Positions 1 through 12,899 of a stretch of 64,000 bases of DNA are shown one piece after another. Below the pieces are notes generated by a model. That model did no database searches and had not been told where the DNA came from. It saw nothing but the letters and a program-made list of their open reading frames with translations. How positions within the stretch are numbered: the first letter of the stretch is position 1; each line of letters opens with the position of its first letter. Source of the DNA: Octopus sinensis (Eukaryota); NCBI RefSeq assembly GCF_006345805.1, contig NW_021833891.1:1-64000 (forward strand), in the 5' to 3' direction. The translations under genes were made by a program, and so were the position numbers.

Positions 1-109
1 GAGGAAAAAAGGAAAGAAAGAAGAATGAAAAATTGAGCGGGTGGGGAGAGAATAAAACACCTGATGCCAAATAAGTCTGTTGTACGTAGATGACATATTC
101 TTTTTTCTT

Positions 110-421
110 TTTTTCCTTGTTTCAGTCATTTGACTGCGGCCATGCTGGAGCACCGCCTTTTAGTCGAGCAACTCGACCCCGGGACTTATTCTTTTTTGTA
201 AGCCCAGTTCTTATTCTATCGGTCTCTTTTGCCGAACCGCTAGGTAACGGGGACATAAACACACCAGCATCGGTTGTCAAACAATGCTAGGGAGACAAAC
301 ACACACATACACATATATACATATATACGACGGGCTTCTTTCAGTTTCCGTCTACCAAATCCACTCACAAGGCATTGGTCGGCCCGAGGCTATAGTAGAA
401 GACACTTGCCCAAGATGCCAC
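110..421 (-). mobile_element. SINE family A copy, 5'-truncated
   Basis: Reverse complement of the body and tail of the full copy at 3905-4310. Confidence 0.85.
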
Positions 422-653
422 AGAAGTTTTTGTAAATAAACTTAAGTCTATTCTAGACCTTTTTAAGCAACCTGTAGAATCAGAGTTTGCTTACAATTCA
501 AGCATTTGATGAAATTGTAACCTTACAATTAAATGGAAAACGAAGAAATGAAAATACAAATTTCAGAGGTATGCTGCAGTTCACCTTTTATCAGTCATTA
601 GACTGCGGTCATACAGGAGCATCACCTGAAATGGTTTAGTCGAGCAAATCAAT

Positions 654-1033
654 GTGGAAGCACTCCGTCGGTTACGACGACGAGGGTTCCGGTTGAACCG
701 AATCAATGGAACAGCCTGCTCGTGAAATTAACGTGTAAGTGGGGAGCACTCCACAGACAACGTGTACCCTTAATGTAGTTACGGGGATATTCAGCGTGAC
801 ACAGAGAGTGACACGGCCGGCCCTTGAAATACAGGTACAAAAGAAACAGGAAGTAAGAGTGAGAGAAAGTTGGGGAAAGAGTACAGCAGGGATCACCACC
901 ATCCCTGCCGGAGCTCGTGGAGCTTTAGGTGTTTTCGCTCAATAAACACTCACAACGCCCGGTCTGGGAATCGAAACCGCGATCCTATGACCGCGAGTCC
1001 GCTGCCCTAACCACTAGGCCATTGCGCCTCCAC
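654..1033 (-). mobile_element. SINE family B (tRNA-derived head), full length, inserted into an older family A copy (~590-1190)
   Basis: Head GGAGGCGCAATGGCCTAGTGGTTAG...GGTTTCGATTCC on the minus strand; 13-bp TSD CGAGCAAATCAAT at 641-653 and 1034-1046. Confidence 0.9.
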
Positions 1034-1470
1034 CGAGCAAATCAATACCGGTATTTTGTCTTTAAAAGTCTGGTCCATATTCTATCGGTCTCTTTTGCCG
1101 AACAACTTGGTGGTTTGTTTACGGGGACGTAAACACCGGGTCAAGAGGTGGTGGGGACAAACAGAAACACCAAGACACACACACACAAACATAGCGTTGC
1201 TATTATGCAAAAGTGTCGTAAGTCCGAAACGTTGCTTTTTCAGAAAATTGAAAAGTAGTTTCACCAATGCATAGCAAAACCGTTGTACTACACTTTGACA
1301 AGTTTCGACATCTTGGCATCTGAAGCAGCTGGAGATACGATGGTTTGACCAAAAAGAACCGGTTATTGCAAGCAAAAATAAATATTGAAAGAAGCGCATT
1401 TGGTCAAATTTGGACATACGACAGTTTAACACAATAGCAACTATATACTTTTATGCCACAGTATAACAGT

Positions 1471-1703
1471 ATCTATTTCTTTATTACTCACAAGGGGCTA
1501 AACATAGAGGGGACAAACAAAGTCAGACATAGATATTAAGTCGATTACATCGACCCCAGTGCGTAACTGGTACTTGATTTATCGACCCCGAAAGGATGAA
1601 AGGCAAAGTCGATCTCGGCGGAATTCGAACTCACAACGTAACGCAGACGAAATACCGCTAAGCATTTCGCCCGGCGTGCTAACGTTTCTGCCAGCTCACC
1701 GCC
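1471..1703 (-). mobile_element. SINE family C copy
   Basis: Matches the other family C copies (GGCGGCGAGCTGGCAGAA head, GCCTTTCATCCTTTCGGGGTCGATAAA core); flanked by a near-duplicated CACAGTAT.ACAG. Confidence 0.85.
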
Positions 1704-1749
1704 ACAGTATTACAGCATCGACCAGATATCAGATGCTATTCTACACCTC

Positions 1750-1962
1750 TGGTCATGTCACAATGCTCTTCCAATTGTCTTGATTACGACATTCGTTTTC
1801 CATCTTGACCCAAACTGCTTGACCAAATCGTGTTTCCATCGTCGTGGAGGTCTTCCAAGTGGCCTTTTCCTAGTTCTTGAACACCACTCGGTAACTGCAC
1901 TGATCCTTCTGTTGTCTGTAAGTGTTGCGACATGTCAGGCCCAGCGAAACTTGTGCTTTCGG
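1750..1962 (-). mobile_element. RTE-clade LINE, decayed ORF2 C-terminal fragment
   Basis: Minus-strand translation RKHKFRWA*HVATLTDNRRISAVTEWCSRTRKRPLGRPPRRWKHD fits the RTE-type C-terminal pattern (RW.GHV.R...EW.P...R..GRP..RW.D) and has an in-frame stop. Confidence 0.75.
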
Positions 1963-1994
1963 TATAGACTCAACGGGCTTCCACACAGTTTCCT

Positions 1995-2224
1995 TATTTC
2001 TTTATTGCCCACAAGGGGCTAAACATAGAGGGGACAAACAAGGACAGACAAAGGGAGTAAGTCGATTACATCGACCCCAGTGCGTAACTGGTACTTAATT
2101 TATCGACCCCGATAGGATGAAAGGCAAAGTCGACCTTGGCGGAATTTGAACTCAGAACGTAACGGCAGACGAAATACGGCTACGCATTTCGCCCGGCGTG
2201 CTAACGTTTCTGCCAGCTGGCCGT
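1995..2224 (-). mobile_element. SINE family C copy (followed by an old family A head, ~2226-2397)
   Basis: Near-identical to 20177-20407. Confidence 0.85.
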
Positions 2225-2894
2225 CGGGCTTCCACAGAGTTTCCGTCAATGAAATTCACTCACAAGTCATCGGTCAGTCTGTGGCTAAAATAGAAGTCGA
2301 AGACAATAATTAGCCTACTAAGCTGCCTCGCAGTGGGACTGAACTCTAAACCAGATGGCTGCTAAGCAAGCTTCTTAACTACAGAACTCTGCCTGCGAGT
2401 AAAAGCAAAAATGTACGACTGCCCAAATTTCTATTATACGGAAATTGAATAAACGGTGTCGATTTATTGAGCCTGAAAGTCTGAGGGTATGAGAGATGGA
2501 TAGACGAATCTTGACAACTGCTTATACAGCACAAAACATTATGCAACTGGCGTTTTAAAAAAAAATATTATATAATGTTTTGTAAACAACAAATAAATTC
2601 GTTTTGTTTTATGCTGAATAGTTGAACGATTTTATTCTTTTTGACCGCTTTTTAAAACACAAATGTAACAATTTCATCTGTAAATCATAATTATTAACTC
2701 TGGAAGTAGCTGACAAAGGTTCCAGGGGAATTGTTGTAAAGTTAAACTTGTCCAGAAATTTTTGAAAACGATCTTCCACTTGAACTAAGCATATTTAAGT
2801 GTTGACTCTGTATCTAGTTTGCATCAAATTTGCCTACGGAAGATCTTATTTTGGCTGACATAACTTCCTTTTCTTTGAGGTAACTGATATTGTA

Positions 2895-2973
2895 AATATA
2901 TATATGTGTGTGTGTATAAGTATATAAGTGTATATATATACATACCTATATATATATATATTATAATATATAT

Positions 2974-3015
<42 letters not shown>

Positions 3016-3165
3016 TGTATATACTATATAAATATATATATGTATATATATATATATGTATGTGTATGTATGTATGTATGTATGGTATGTATGTATGTAT
3101 GTGTATATATATATATATATACATACATATATACATATATATATATATAATATATATATATATAT
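2895..3165. repeat. (TA)n/(TATG)n compound microsatellite
   Basis: Directly visible. Confidence 0.95.
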
Positions 3166-3904
3166 GAAACTTCGTCTGAGCTACTCTTCAGCCTTTAGAG
3201 ATTATCGACTCTTATGTATTTCTTTATTTGTTCTCGTTCTCGTTGTGTGTTTTTTTTGGGGTTTTTTCCTAACATTTCCGTCAGCAGACGTCTTTACGGT
3301 TAACTAATGGCGCCACAACGATTATAAAAGGAACCGATATAAAATAGATTCACCAGAGCTTGAAACAGAAACAATAAGATTGTAAAAAAAAAACAAGCAA
3401 AAACTCACCTCCCCAATAGAATTTAGCAGCTAATTTGACCAAATGTCTATCAGCACCTTTAAAAATGAAGTTAAGACGATAGAGAGAGTGGACGACAACG
3501 AGGACGAAGGAGCCTTTTATGTGGTCACCTGACTGGCATGAAATAGCAGCCAAATCTCCTTTAAATCACATCCTACCATGTTAAAGAAGAAAGACACACT
3601 AGATGAGGATGTAATTCTAGATGTAGCAAGCCTATAGACATCTTAATGTTTAGCTGATAGCATGAGGATGTTTATCTAAAGAAAACAAATAAGAAGTTGA
3701 GATATATTAAGATTTGACAAGAAAAGAACAAAAACAAGACCCCCTTGAATAGAATCACGGCAGGATCTCGCATAGGTAATATAGTGAGTTGAAACTGAAA
3801 TTATCCGAGCGATTAGATGACAAAAACTCTCTCTGAGAATATTTACAGTCTAAAATTTAAAAGAAAAATTATTCTAATCAGGAATCTAAATTATTCTAAT
3901 TCTA

Positions 3905-4310
3905 GGCGCAGGAGTGGCTGTGTGGTAAGTAGCTTCTTTACCAACCACATGGTTCCGGGTTCAGTCCCACTGCGTGGCATCTTGGGCAAGTGTCTTCTGC
4001 TATAGCCTCGGGCCGACCAAAGCCTTGTGAGTGGATTTGGTAGACGGAAACTGAAAGAAGCCCGTCGTATATATGTATTTATATATATGCGTGTGTGTGT
4101 TTGTTAGTCTGTGTTTGTCCCCCTAGCATTGCTTGACAACCGATGCTGGTGTGTTTATGTCCCCGTTACTTAGCGGTTCGGCAAAGAGACCGATAGAATA
4201 AGTACTGGGCTTACAAAAGAATAAGTCCCGGGGTCGAGTTGCTTGATTAAGGGTGGTGCTCCAGCATGGCCGCAGTCAAATGACTGAAACAAGTAAAAGA
4301 GTAAAGAGTA
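3905..4310 (+). mobile_element. SINE family A, full length (tRNA-like head, CORE-like CTTGGGCAAGT segment, internal TA/TG microsatellite, AAAAGAGT-type repeat tail)
   Basis: A-box-like TGGCTGTGTGG, B-box-like GGTTCAGTCCC, short tandem tail; more than 10 related copies in the window. Confidence 0.9.
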
Positions 4311-4476
4311 ATCAGATCAAAAAACTGAATTATTTGGACAAAGTTGACAATGGAATTGGAAACTATCTGATCCTTGGAGCCAACTGTTGAAAGCAAAGGA
4401 CAGGTTTCGAACCTGGATTGGTAAGACCTCTGCAGTGAAACATATTCTATTACTTAGTTGGTACGACGGAGAAGTG

Positions 4477-4517
<41 letters not shown>

Positions 4518-4610
4518 ACAGGTTTGTGTGTGTGTGTGTCTGTGTCTGTATCTCTGTGTGTGTGCGTGTGTGTATATGTGTGCGTGCGTGCGTATGTTCG
4601 TTATGCATTC

Positions 4611-4655
<45 letters not shown>

Positions 4656-4698
4656 TTAATTAATGATATATATATATATATATATATATATAATGTGA

Positions 4699-5010
4699 TG
4701 GTGCATGGCTCAGTGGTTAGAGCGTCGAGCTTACGATCGTGAGGTCGTGAGTTCGAATCTCGGAAGGGCTGCGTGTGGTGTTCTTGAGCAAGACACTTTA
4801 TTTCACGTTGCTCCAGTTCACTCAGCTGTAGAAATGAGTTGTGACGTCACTGGTGTCAAGCTGTATTGGCCTTTGCCTTTCCCTTGGATAACACTGGTGG
4901 CGTGGAGAGGGGAGGCCGGTATGCATGGGCGACTGCTGGTCTTCCATAAACAAACTTGCCCGGACCTGTTCCTCGGAGGGGAAGTTTCTAGGAGCGATAC
5001 CTTAGTCATC
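4699..5010 (+). mobile_element. SINE family D (tRNA head, CORE-like TTGAGCAAGACACTT...CACTCAGCTGTA segment)
   Basis: TGGCTCAGTGGTTAGAGC A box, GAGTTCGAATC B box; related copies at 31667-31958 (-) and 55677-55910 (+). Confidence 0.8.
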
Positions 5011-5124
5011 CCTATATATCGACTCTTTAGCTCCAGAAGTTAACCAATCATTCCCACAGTACACTGTAAACGATCCAAATAATCGATGTACTTCTTAGTT
5101 AATAACATATTTTAATGGAAAAGA

Positions 5125-5446
5125 AAAGACGGCATCGGAGGGGCGTTGCATATCCTACGCGCACGCAAGGGAAAAATAAAATTTAGTTTAGTAATCTCAA
5201 TAATTCAACAAAATTATATCAAGAGTTATTTCCCCCGCTTATCGTTTATGCATATGTAACAAACAAAGAAAACATTTTGATTCACCAAACCAAAATTTAA
5301 TGAATTCGAGCCACTCATCCAATGAGTTTTTCTGCCAAATTTGGTGAAAATCCGTTTAGCCGTTTTCCAGTAATTTTGCAAACACACAGACAAACAGACA
5401 GACGAGCGACTACAATACCTTGCTTTCGCTTACGTGCGCAGGGTAA
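5125..5446 (+). mobile_element. Possible Helentron-associated (HINE/DINE-1-like) non-autonomous element
   Basis: CCAAATTTGGTGAAAATCCG motif, (ACAG)n microsatellite, then an imperfect GC hairpin CCTTGC...GCAGGG before TAAT; architecture only. Confidence 0.4.
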
Positions 5447-6342
5447 TGAAATTATTTCGAAACGAAGCGTTAGCGTTCGCTTTAAATTATCCGTATTTTC
5501 ATTTTATCTTTCTTGTTAGAACTATTCAACACCTTTTGCCGATATAGACCCCCAACTAGCTTCTTTGAAATCCTCTGTTTAAGTTTAGTTAGAAACTTTC
5601 GTCTGTACTATCCATTTAATAACCGTGAATGAATTGATCAAATCATCCATTCAATTAACTGTTGAGGATAAATAGAAAAGTATTGATTAGTTGTTTAGCG
5701 GAGGCCACCATCTTACTGAAAAAAACCCCCCAGAAAACCTTCAGGATGTGTATATAAGAGTAAATCTAGTTCGTCCTTCACGAATGTTAGAATTCTCTTC
5801 TCAGAAATCACTGAGATAGTTCGTTCGTTGTTTGCTTTGCCTTGTTAAAACATTTTTTCAACTGACTTTGACGATAGAGACCTACACAAGCGTACTCCCT
5901 TTCCCTTTCAAATTCCAGTGTTTAGCTTTGTTTTCGAGCTATCGTCTGCTTTATCTACAAAACAACTGCGAGTATATTGACCAGATAGCTACTCTATTGA
6001 ATTAGCTGACGATAACAAATAAAAAAGTATTGATTGATTGTTTTTACTGGAGATCGCCATCTTGCTAAAGAAACGTCAAATTGTGTATTTAAGGGAAATG
6101 TGTATATAAGGAAATCTTACTTGTCCTTCATAGATGTTTGTAAAATGTGTGCGTGCGCGCGTGTACCACAACGACCACCACCATCAAAAACAACATAACC
6201 AGTACAACCAATATTGCTTGTTTTGAAATGTCGGCCTTTCACATACGCGCGCACGCACGCACGCATATTTCGCTTAGGCATTGTGAGACTAATACCCTGG
6301 TGTAGAACTCAATATGCTTATGTTTCAGAACGAAGTGTAATA

Positions 6343-6585
6343 GGCGCAGGAGTGGCCGTGTGGTAAGTAGCTTGCTTACCAACCACATGGTTCCGAGTTC
6401 AGTCCCACTGCGTGGCACCTTGGGCAAGTGTCTTCTGCTATAGCCTCGGGCCGACCAAAGCCTTGTGAGTGGATTCGGTAGACGGAAGGCTATAGTAGAA
6501 GGCATCTGCCCAAGGTGCCACGCAGTGGGACTGAACCCAAAACTACATGACTGTAAAGCTAGCTCCTTATCCACAAGGCCACGCC
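6343..6585. mobile_element. Two SINE family A heads joined in inverted orientation
   Basis: 6343-6488 is a + strand head; 6488-6585 is a more diverged - strand head. Confidence 0.7.
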
Positions 6586-6663
6586 ACAAAAACGCATACA
6601 TTCACGCATAGTTACATCTACATCATATTCACATAAACACAAATGTCCACACACACACACTTT

Positions 6664-6696
<33 letters not shown>

Positions 6697-7282
6697 TACT
6701 CATATAAAAACTAATACAACAAAATCCGAGGCCTTGTTTTCCTCCCATGCTCACACTTGCTTAAATATTTAGTTTTATCCAAGTTTGCAAAAGACTGACA
6801 ACGCCATCTATGAATCAACATTAGACACTATCATCCACCCCGACACAATCGCTCCTTTTTCTCCTTCTTCCCCATTCTCTCCTCTTTCCCCCACTCTCCC
6901 TCTCTCTCTCTCACTCTCTCACCTTCCTCCTTCTCCCGTCTCTCTCTTCGCCTTAAACTATTCCCTTAGGAACTTAGATAATAGGGCCCAGATAATAGAT
7001 AAAAAGGAACTTAGATAATAGGACCCAGCAGGAATTCGCATTTGTTTCTGCCTCCTCCATTTCCAATATCAACACAACCACCGACACCACCACCACCACC
7101 ACCACCACCACCACCACCACCACCACCCACCACCACCACCATCACCACCGCTACTGCTAGAATCAACCACCAATTTCCCCTCCTCATTTACCCACGCTAC
7201 CTCTACTACTACTACTACTACTAATACCGTCAATCACCAATTCACCACACACCATTCACCAACCACCACCATCACACTGATA

Positions 7283-7321
<39 letters not shown>

Positions 7322-7367
7322 ACACACACACACATATATATATATATTATATATATATATATATATA

Positions 7368-8928
7368 TCTTATTATAAAAGGCAGATTTTATCTGCCTCC
7401 CTTTGGGAGTTATACAAATCTACAATATAGGATTTCTTCAATTACAATTTACCTAGCATTTTTAAGAGTACAATGCATCGCGTCATGCCAGGTCCAGTTT
7501 TTAAAATTTAAACTCCAATTAAGCAAAATTACAGAAAACTCACATTCTGGTGTGTGTGTCAAATGCTTTTCTTAGTCTGGTTTACACCACACGCAAACGC
7601 ACACACACAGTGGGCAACGAATAAAATGAAAGTAAATAGCGACAGAGTGATTTGAGGAAGACTAAACTGAAGTATTTAAACCACTACTCAAAAAATAAAA
7701 AAACACAGCAAACAGAAACAAATAAATACATAACCATTTACTCCTCCACACATTTAATCAATTAGAATTTACCTAAGATTTTTCAGAGTACTTCAGTGGG
7801 TGATGCCATAAAAAATTTCTTTCAATTTTACCACCAATTAAGACAAAATTCGAGAAAACTCAATATTTTAACATATCACTCCGAAAGCATTGATGTACAT
7901 GTGTGCGTGCGTGAGTGTGTGTGTGTGTCATTCCTCACACACACGCATACACATACATATACAACTACATACAACTACATACACATACAACTACATACAA
8001 ACACGTGTGTGTTTGTTATTAGTAAAAAAGGCGCCAAAACTCAACTCACTTATCATTCCAACACATTTGCAAAGACACACGGACGGACAGAAAAGGTAAA
8101 TTGGTTTTTATTTTACTCTGTATATATTTTATTATATAATATTATATATAGATATATGTATATATAATTGCAGTATGAAACAGTGTTTATGTATAAACAG
8201 ACGACACTTATATATAGTTACCAAGCCGCCCGAATTTACCTATTCATATTTAAATGAGAATATCAGAGCAAATCTCTTTAGTACATTCGTGAAAACACGT
8301 ATTATACTTCGTAAACACTTCAACTACAGTTTTGTACAAAAATCGAAGTGTAATTTTAATTCCGTGAATTATGGGAGATTTTTTTCCGAAATTTGTTCCT
8401 ATTGTGTTTTCAAAATTTGTAATTCTGACAAAAAATGGATACGAATTTCATTATATCAAGCAGCGAGTCAGAATTCGAAGGATTTTCTACTGAAGACCTT
8501 CATAAATCTAACTCTATGACTGAAAAAAAAAGCATCTTTATTAAGAGTGAAGTTGTGTGTCTGTCTCCTACGATTTAGATTCCTAACTACTCCCACATTT
8601 TGCGGTGCAGTTTAACCAAAAGCGGGTATCTTATAGTCGTGATTCATATCGAGCCCTTCTGGGTATTAGCGTGCGTCTACGATAAGTCTACAATTAAAAA
8701 AAAATTTACCATCATATTTTTCCATTTTAATGCATTTTTTTTTCGCTTTTATATAAGGGAAGTAACTCTCTAAAATATCTACGATGTGTCAACGATTTAA
8801 AAAAAAATTACCTTAATTTTTTTTCAATTTTTAATGCATTTTTTTGCTATCTTTTGGCTATAACTCTCTAAAAATGCTTATATATTTATTTCCCTTACAA
8901 CCCGAGCAACGCCGGGCGATACTGCTAG
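7368..8928 (+). mobile_element. Non-autonomous Helitron, copy 1 (second internal 5' end at 8535)
   Basis: Starts A|TCTTATTATAAAAGG; ends with hairpin CCCGAGCAACGCCGGG followed by CGATACTGCTAG; no TSD. Confidence 0.85.
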
Positions 8929-10498
8929 TCTTATTATAAAAGGCAGATTTTATCTGCCTCCCTTTGTCTCTTATAGAAATCTACAATATAGGATTTCTTC
9001 AATTACAATTTACCTAGCATTTTTAAGAGTAGAATGCATCGGGTCGTGCCAGGTCCGGTTTTTAAAATTTCAACCCCAATTAAGCAAAATTTACAGAAAA
9101 CTCACATTGTGGTGTGTAAGTCAAGTCCTTTTTTTAGTGTGGGCTACAGCACACGCACACACACACACACACACAAAAACGGAGCGATCTGCTTCACTCA
9201 CGCTATCACCCTAATTTCTCCGCCTTTCTCTTTGCAAGTGTGCAACGATTAAAGTGAAAGTATTTCTATAAAACGAGAGAAGTGTACCTTAAACCACTAC
9301 TCAAAAAAAAACAGCAAACAGAAACAAATAAATACATAACGATTTACTCCTCACACAATTTCTTCAATTACAGTTTACCTATGATTTTTACAAGTACTTC
9401 CATTCGGTCATACCATACAAAATTTCTTTCAATTTCAGCCCCAATTAAGACAAAATTCGAGAAAACTCAATATTTTAACATTTCACTCCGAAAGCATTGA
9501 TGTACATGTGTGCGTGCGTGAGTGTGTGTGTGTGTTTGATGGGGTGTGCGACACAGAAAGTGTGGTGTGTAAGTGAAGTGCTTTTGTTAGTGTGTGTAAA
9601 GAGACAGAGAGAGTAATGTTGTGCTGTGTACCTAAAGCACGCACACACACACACACACAAGCGGAGCGCGAACTTCAAAAGAACTTCGCGCGCTATCTAT
9701 CTGGTTTGCCATTCCTCACACACACGCATACACATACATATATGACAGTGACAAACACAAACGTTTCAAACAACTACATACAAACACTCAAACACACACA
9801 CACGTGTGTGTTTGTTATTAGTAAAAAAGGCGCCAAACACAACTCACTTCTCATTCGAACACATTTGCAAAAACATACCGACGGTCGGATTGCCATAACA
9901 ATACAGAAAAGGTAAATTGGTTTTTAATTTACTTTCTGTCGTTAAATTTTGGTAGTATAAATTGGCGAGCGTACTTCTGTTGTCAATTGTTGACAGAAAG
10001 AAATTGTAAGCTAATAAGGTGTGTGTGTGTGTGTAGGAAGTGAAGGATAAAAATATTGCAAGAAGTGGACAGATGTACATATATACATCCATACATACAT
10101 GTGTGTGTGTCTATGTATGTGTATTAATGTGTGTGTGTTATCTTTATATAAAGCTGAAGTTGTCTGTGTGCGCCACGTTTGGTAACCTTCAACTAACACT
10201 ATCTCCTCCGAGACCCTGCGGCGCAAGTTGACCAAAATTGAGAGTATGATAGAAGAAGGGTTGTTCTTCCTTCCGTAGAACATAAAATTCAAATCGGACC
10301 ATGTTAACACCAAAAATTATTTACATCAAAAAGCTGCTTTTTTCTATGAAAATCCATATTTTTTACGATTTTTTCACTGCTGTGTCGCCACTTTTCGGTA
10401 TATTTCGACCAGAAAAATGTTCACAAAATTTTTACTTTTCAAAATTACAATTCCAGCGGGTCGAAACAAACCCGAGCAACGCCGGGCGATACTGCTAG
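8929..10498 (+). mobile_element. Non-autonomous Helitron, copy 2, head-to-tail with copy 1 (internal 5' end at 10141)
   Basis: Same 5' TC terminus directly after the CTAG of copy 1; identical 28-bp 3' terminus ending CTAG|T. Confidence 0.85.
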
Positions 10499-10640
10499 TA
10501 TATATATATTCAACGGGCTTCTTTCAGTTTCTGTCTACCAAATCCACTCACAAAGCTTTGGTCGACCCGAAGATACTTGCCCAAGGTACCACGCGGTGGG
10601 ACTGAACCCGGAACCATGTGGTTGGTATATCTGTAATCAG

Positions 10641-10735
10641 ATGTGTGCGCTGTACCCAGATGTGTGCTATACTCAGACAGTGCGTGCGGTACCCAAATGG
10701 TGCGTGCAGTACCCACATAGTGTGTGCTGTACCGG
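10641..10735. repeat. Degenerate ~19-bp minisatellite (GTGTGCTGTACCCA-like), about 5 units
   Basis: Visible repeated GTGYG..GTACC motif. Confidence 0.6.
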
Positions 10736-11065
10736 TTAAGGGCTATGCTCTTAATTCGTGAGTAAAGCTGTGAGTTGTACTTTGATGTTACTACTTTTGT
10801 TTTATGTTACTTTTTATCGTCCCCAGAGCTCCAATTACTATTGGTACCGCTCTTTTTTTCTTTTTTCTCCTTTTTTTCCCCAATTTTGGTAAATTCTCAT
10901 ACTCGTCTTACCTATTGCCATTTCGAGATTTCTGCTCTTCGATAGTTTTTCAAACTTCCTTCCGGACGATATTTTGGTCAGATGGAATCGTGATGTCTAT
11001 CACAATGAAATACGGCTTTCCTTTATTTCTCACTTCTCTCTCTACTCTCTCTCTCTCTCTCCCCA

Positions 11066-11119
<54 letters not shown>

Positions 11120-11343
11120 AAGATTAGCCCTTCACTTTACCAGTCTAGACAGACATATCCCACAGTATCATAACCACGTAATCGTTACACAGTTCACTTA
11201 GTGCACATTTATGTAATTCATTTTCGGGTTTCCATGTGAAAATGTTTGCATCTTTCCCATTGGAGATTCATAGCTACATTCTATGTCATGTTACTAGGTT
11301 ATTATTATTATTATTATCATTATTATTATTATCATCATCATCA

Positions 11344-11404
<61 letters not shown>

Positions 11405-11406
11405 CT

Positions 11407-11860
11407 AAGGCGGCGAGCTGGCAGAATCGTTAGCATGCCGGACGAAATGCTTAACAGTATTTCGCCCGTCGCTACGTTCTGAGTTCAAATTCCGCTGATG
11501 TCGACTTTATCCTTCATCCTTTCGGGGTCGATAAATTTAGTACCAGTTGAACACTGGGGTCGATGCAATTGACTCATCCTTTTCCCCAAAACTGCTGCAC
11601 CTGTGGCAAAATTTGAAACTATTATCATTATTATTATTATTATCTAAGGCGGTGAGCTGGCAGAATCGTTAGCACGCCGGACGAAATACTTAGCGGCATT
11701 ACGCCTGTCTTTACGTTCTGAGTTCAAATTCCGCCGAGATTGAATTTGCCTTTCATCTTTTCGAGGTCGATAAATTAAGTACAGTCGAGCACTGGGGTCG
11801 AAGCGATTGACTTATCCACTCCCCCAAAATTTCAGGCCTTGTGCCTACAGTAGAAAGGAT
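11407..11860 (+). mobile_element. Two tandem SINE family C (C2 tail variant) copies embedded in (ATT)n
   Basis: Heads at ~11407 and ~11647, each preceded by ATTATTATCTAAGGCGG. Confidence 0.8.
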
Positions 11861-12283
11861 TATTATTATTATCATTATTATTATTTTAATCATTATTATT
11901 ATTTTTATAGCTGTTATTGTTATGCACTGGTAATAAATAAATCCCTCGCAGTACTGTTATCCGAATCTTTGCAATCTGAGTTCAAATCTCGCTGAAGTCA
12001 GCTTTGTATTTATTTCACCCCTTCCGGAGACAATAAAATAAAGAAATAAGTACTGGTGTCGACTCTTAAAGATAAAAGATACTGTAACAATATGTAGTTT
12101 AAACAAAAACTCTTATTCTTCCTTTCATAGGCAGCGAGGATATTTCAAGAGCATCTCTTAAGAAATTCTCTTGAAACAATATTTATATAAATATATATTT
12201 CCAAATGTAAATAGTCTGAAAACAAAATAACAATTTAAAGACTTGGAGAAACAAAATATCTATTTTCTTTCTTTATTTTTCAG

Positions 12284-12678
12284 ATTGCGATGATATTCTC
12301 TTAAACGGACGAGACAAAGATGGGATATATTCCATCAAACCAAACTTTGCCGCGAAACCGTTCCAAGTAGAATGCGAATTCAAAGACGGTAAAGCCTGGA
12401 CATTAATACAGAAACGAACCAATGGCGCTGTGGATTTCTACAGGAACTGGGAAGACTACAAAGAAGGTTTCGGCGACATTAGATCTGAATACTGGTTAGG
12501 AAACGAGAAGATTTATTATTTGAGTGTTCAGGCAACCTACGAACTCAAAATTAATATGTGGGACTGGAGTGGAATCACACACGGTCCTTCACAACAGACG
12601 GGTAACTACTACGAAGGAGGAAGTTCCTTTTTCTACATAGAAGACGAAAAGAATTTCTACAGACTCCGAGTACCAGAG
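12284..12678 (+). CDS. Internal exon of a fibrinogen-related domain (FReD) protein, N-terminal half of the domain
   Basis: Polypyrimidine tract and CAG acceptor at 12281-12283; GTAAGT donor at 12679; open frame DCDDILLNGRDKDGIYSIKP...FQVECEF..GKAWTLIQKRTNGAVDFYRNWEDYKEGFGDIRSEYWLGNEKIYYL with the canonical FReD motifs. Confidence 0.93.
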
Positions 12679-12899
12679 GTAAGTAAATAACTTGTTCCCT
12701 TAGTCGCCGGTTCTTTGTAGAATACCTGAGTTTAAATGCGGTTGATATGCGAGACATCAGGGTGACTTGCAGATCTCTCAGAAATCGCAGCTAAATATCT
12801 CTCAAAATACACTATACGCATAATAAGAAAACCCGAGTGGGTCATGATTAGAAGCGCTTTGGATTATAGGTTTGGAATATCTTTGATCAACAACAATGT

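Noticed and set aside
2410-2450. VRLPKFLLYG peptide resembling an RTE C-terminal motif
   Set aside because: Ten residues without supporting flanking similarity.
3165-3195. CTGAAGA/CTGA-type boxes at ~3183 (-), ~16427 and ~51583
   Set aside because: No properly placed GAAA box or stems; too degenerate to call as hammerheads.
4699-4775. tRNA-like sequences here and at other SINE heads
   Set aside because: A and B boxes are present but they run into SINE bodies and lack a complete cloverleaf; not called as tRNA genes.
12116-12200. Possible extra FReD exon after TTCTTCCTTTCATAG
   Set aside because: All three frames reach a stop before any plausible donor site.
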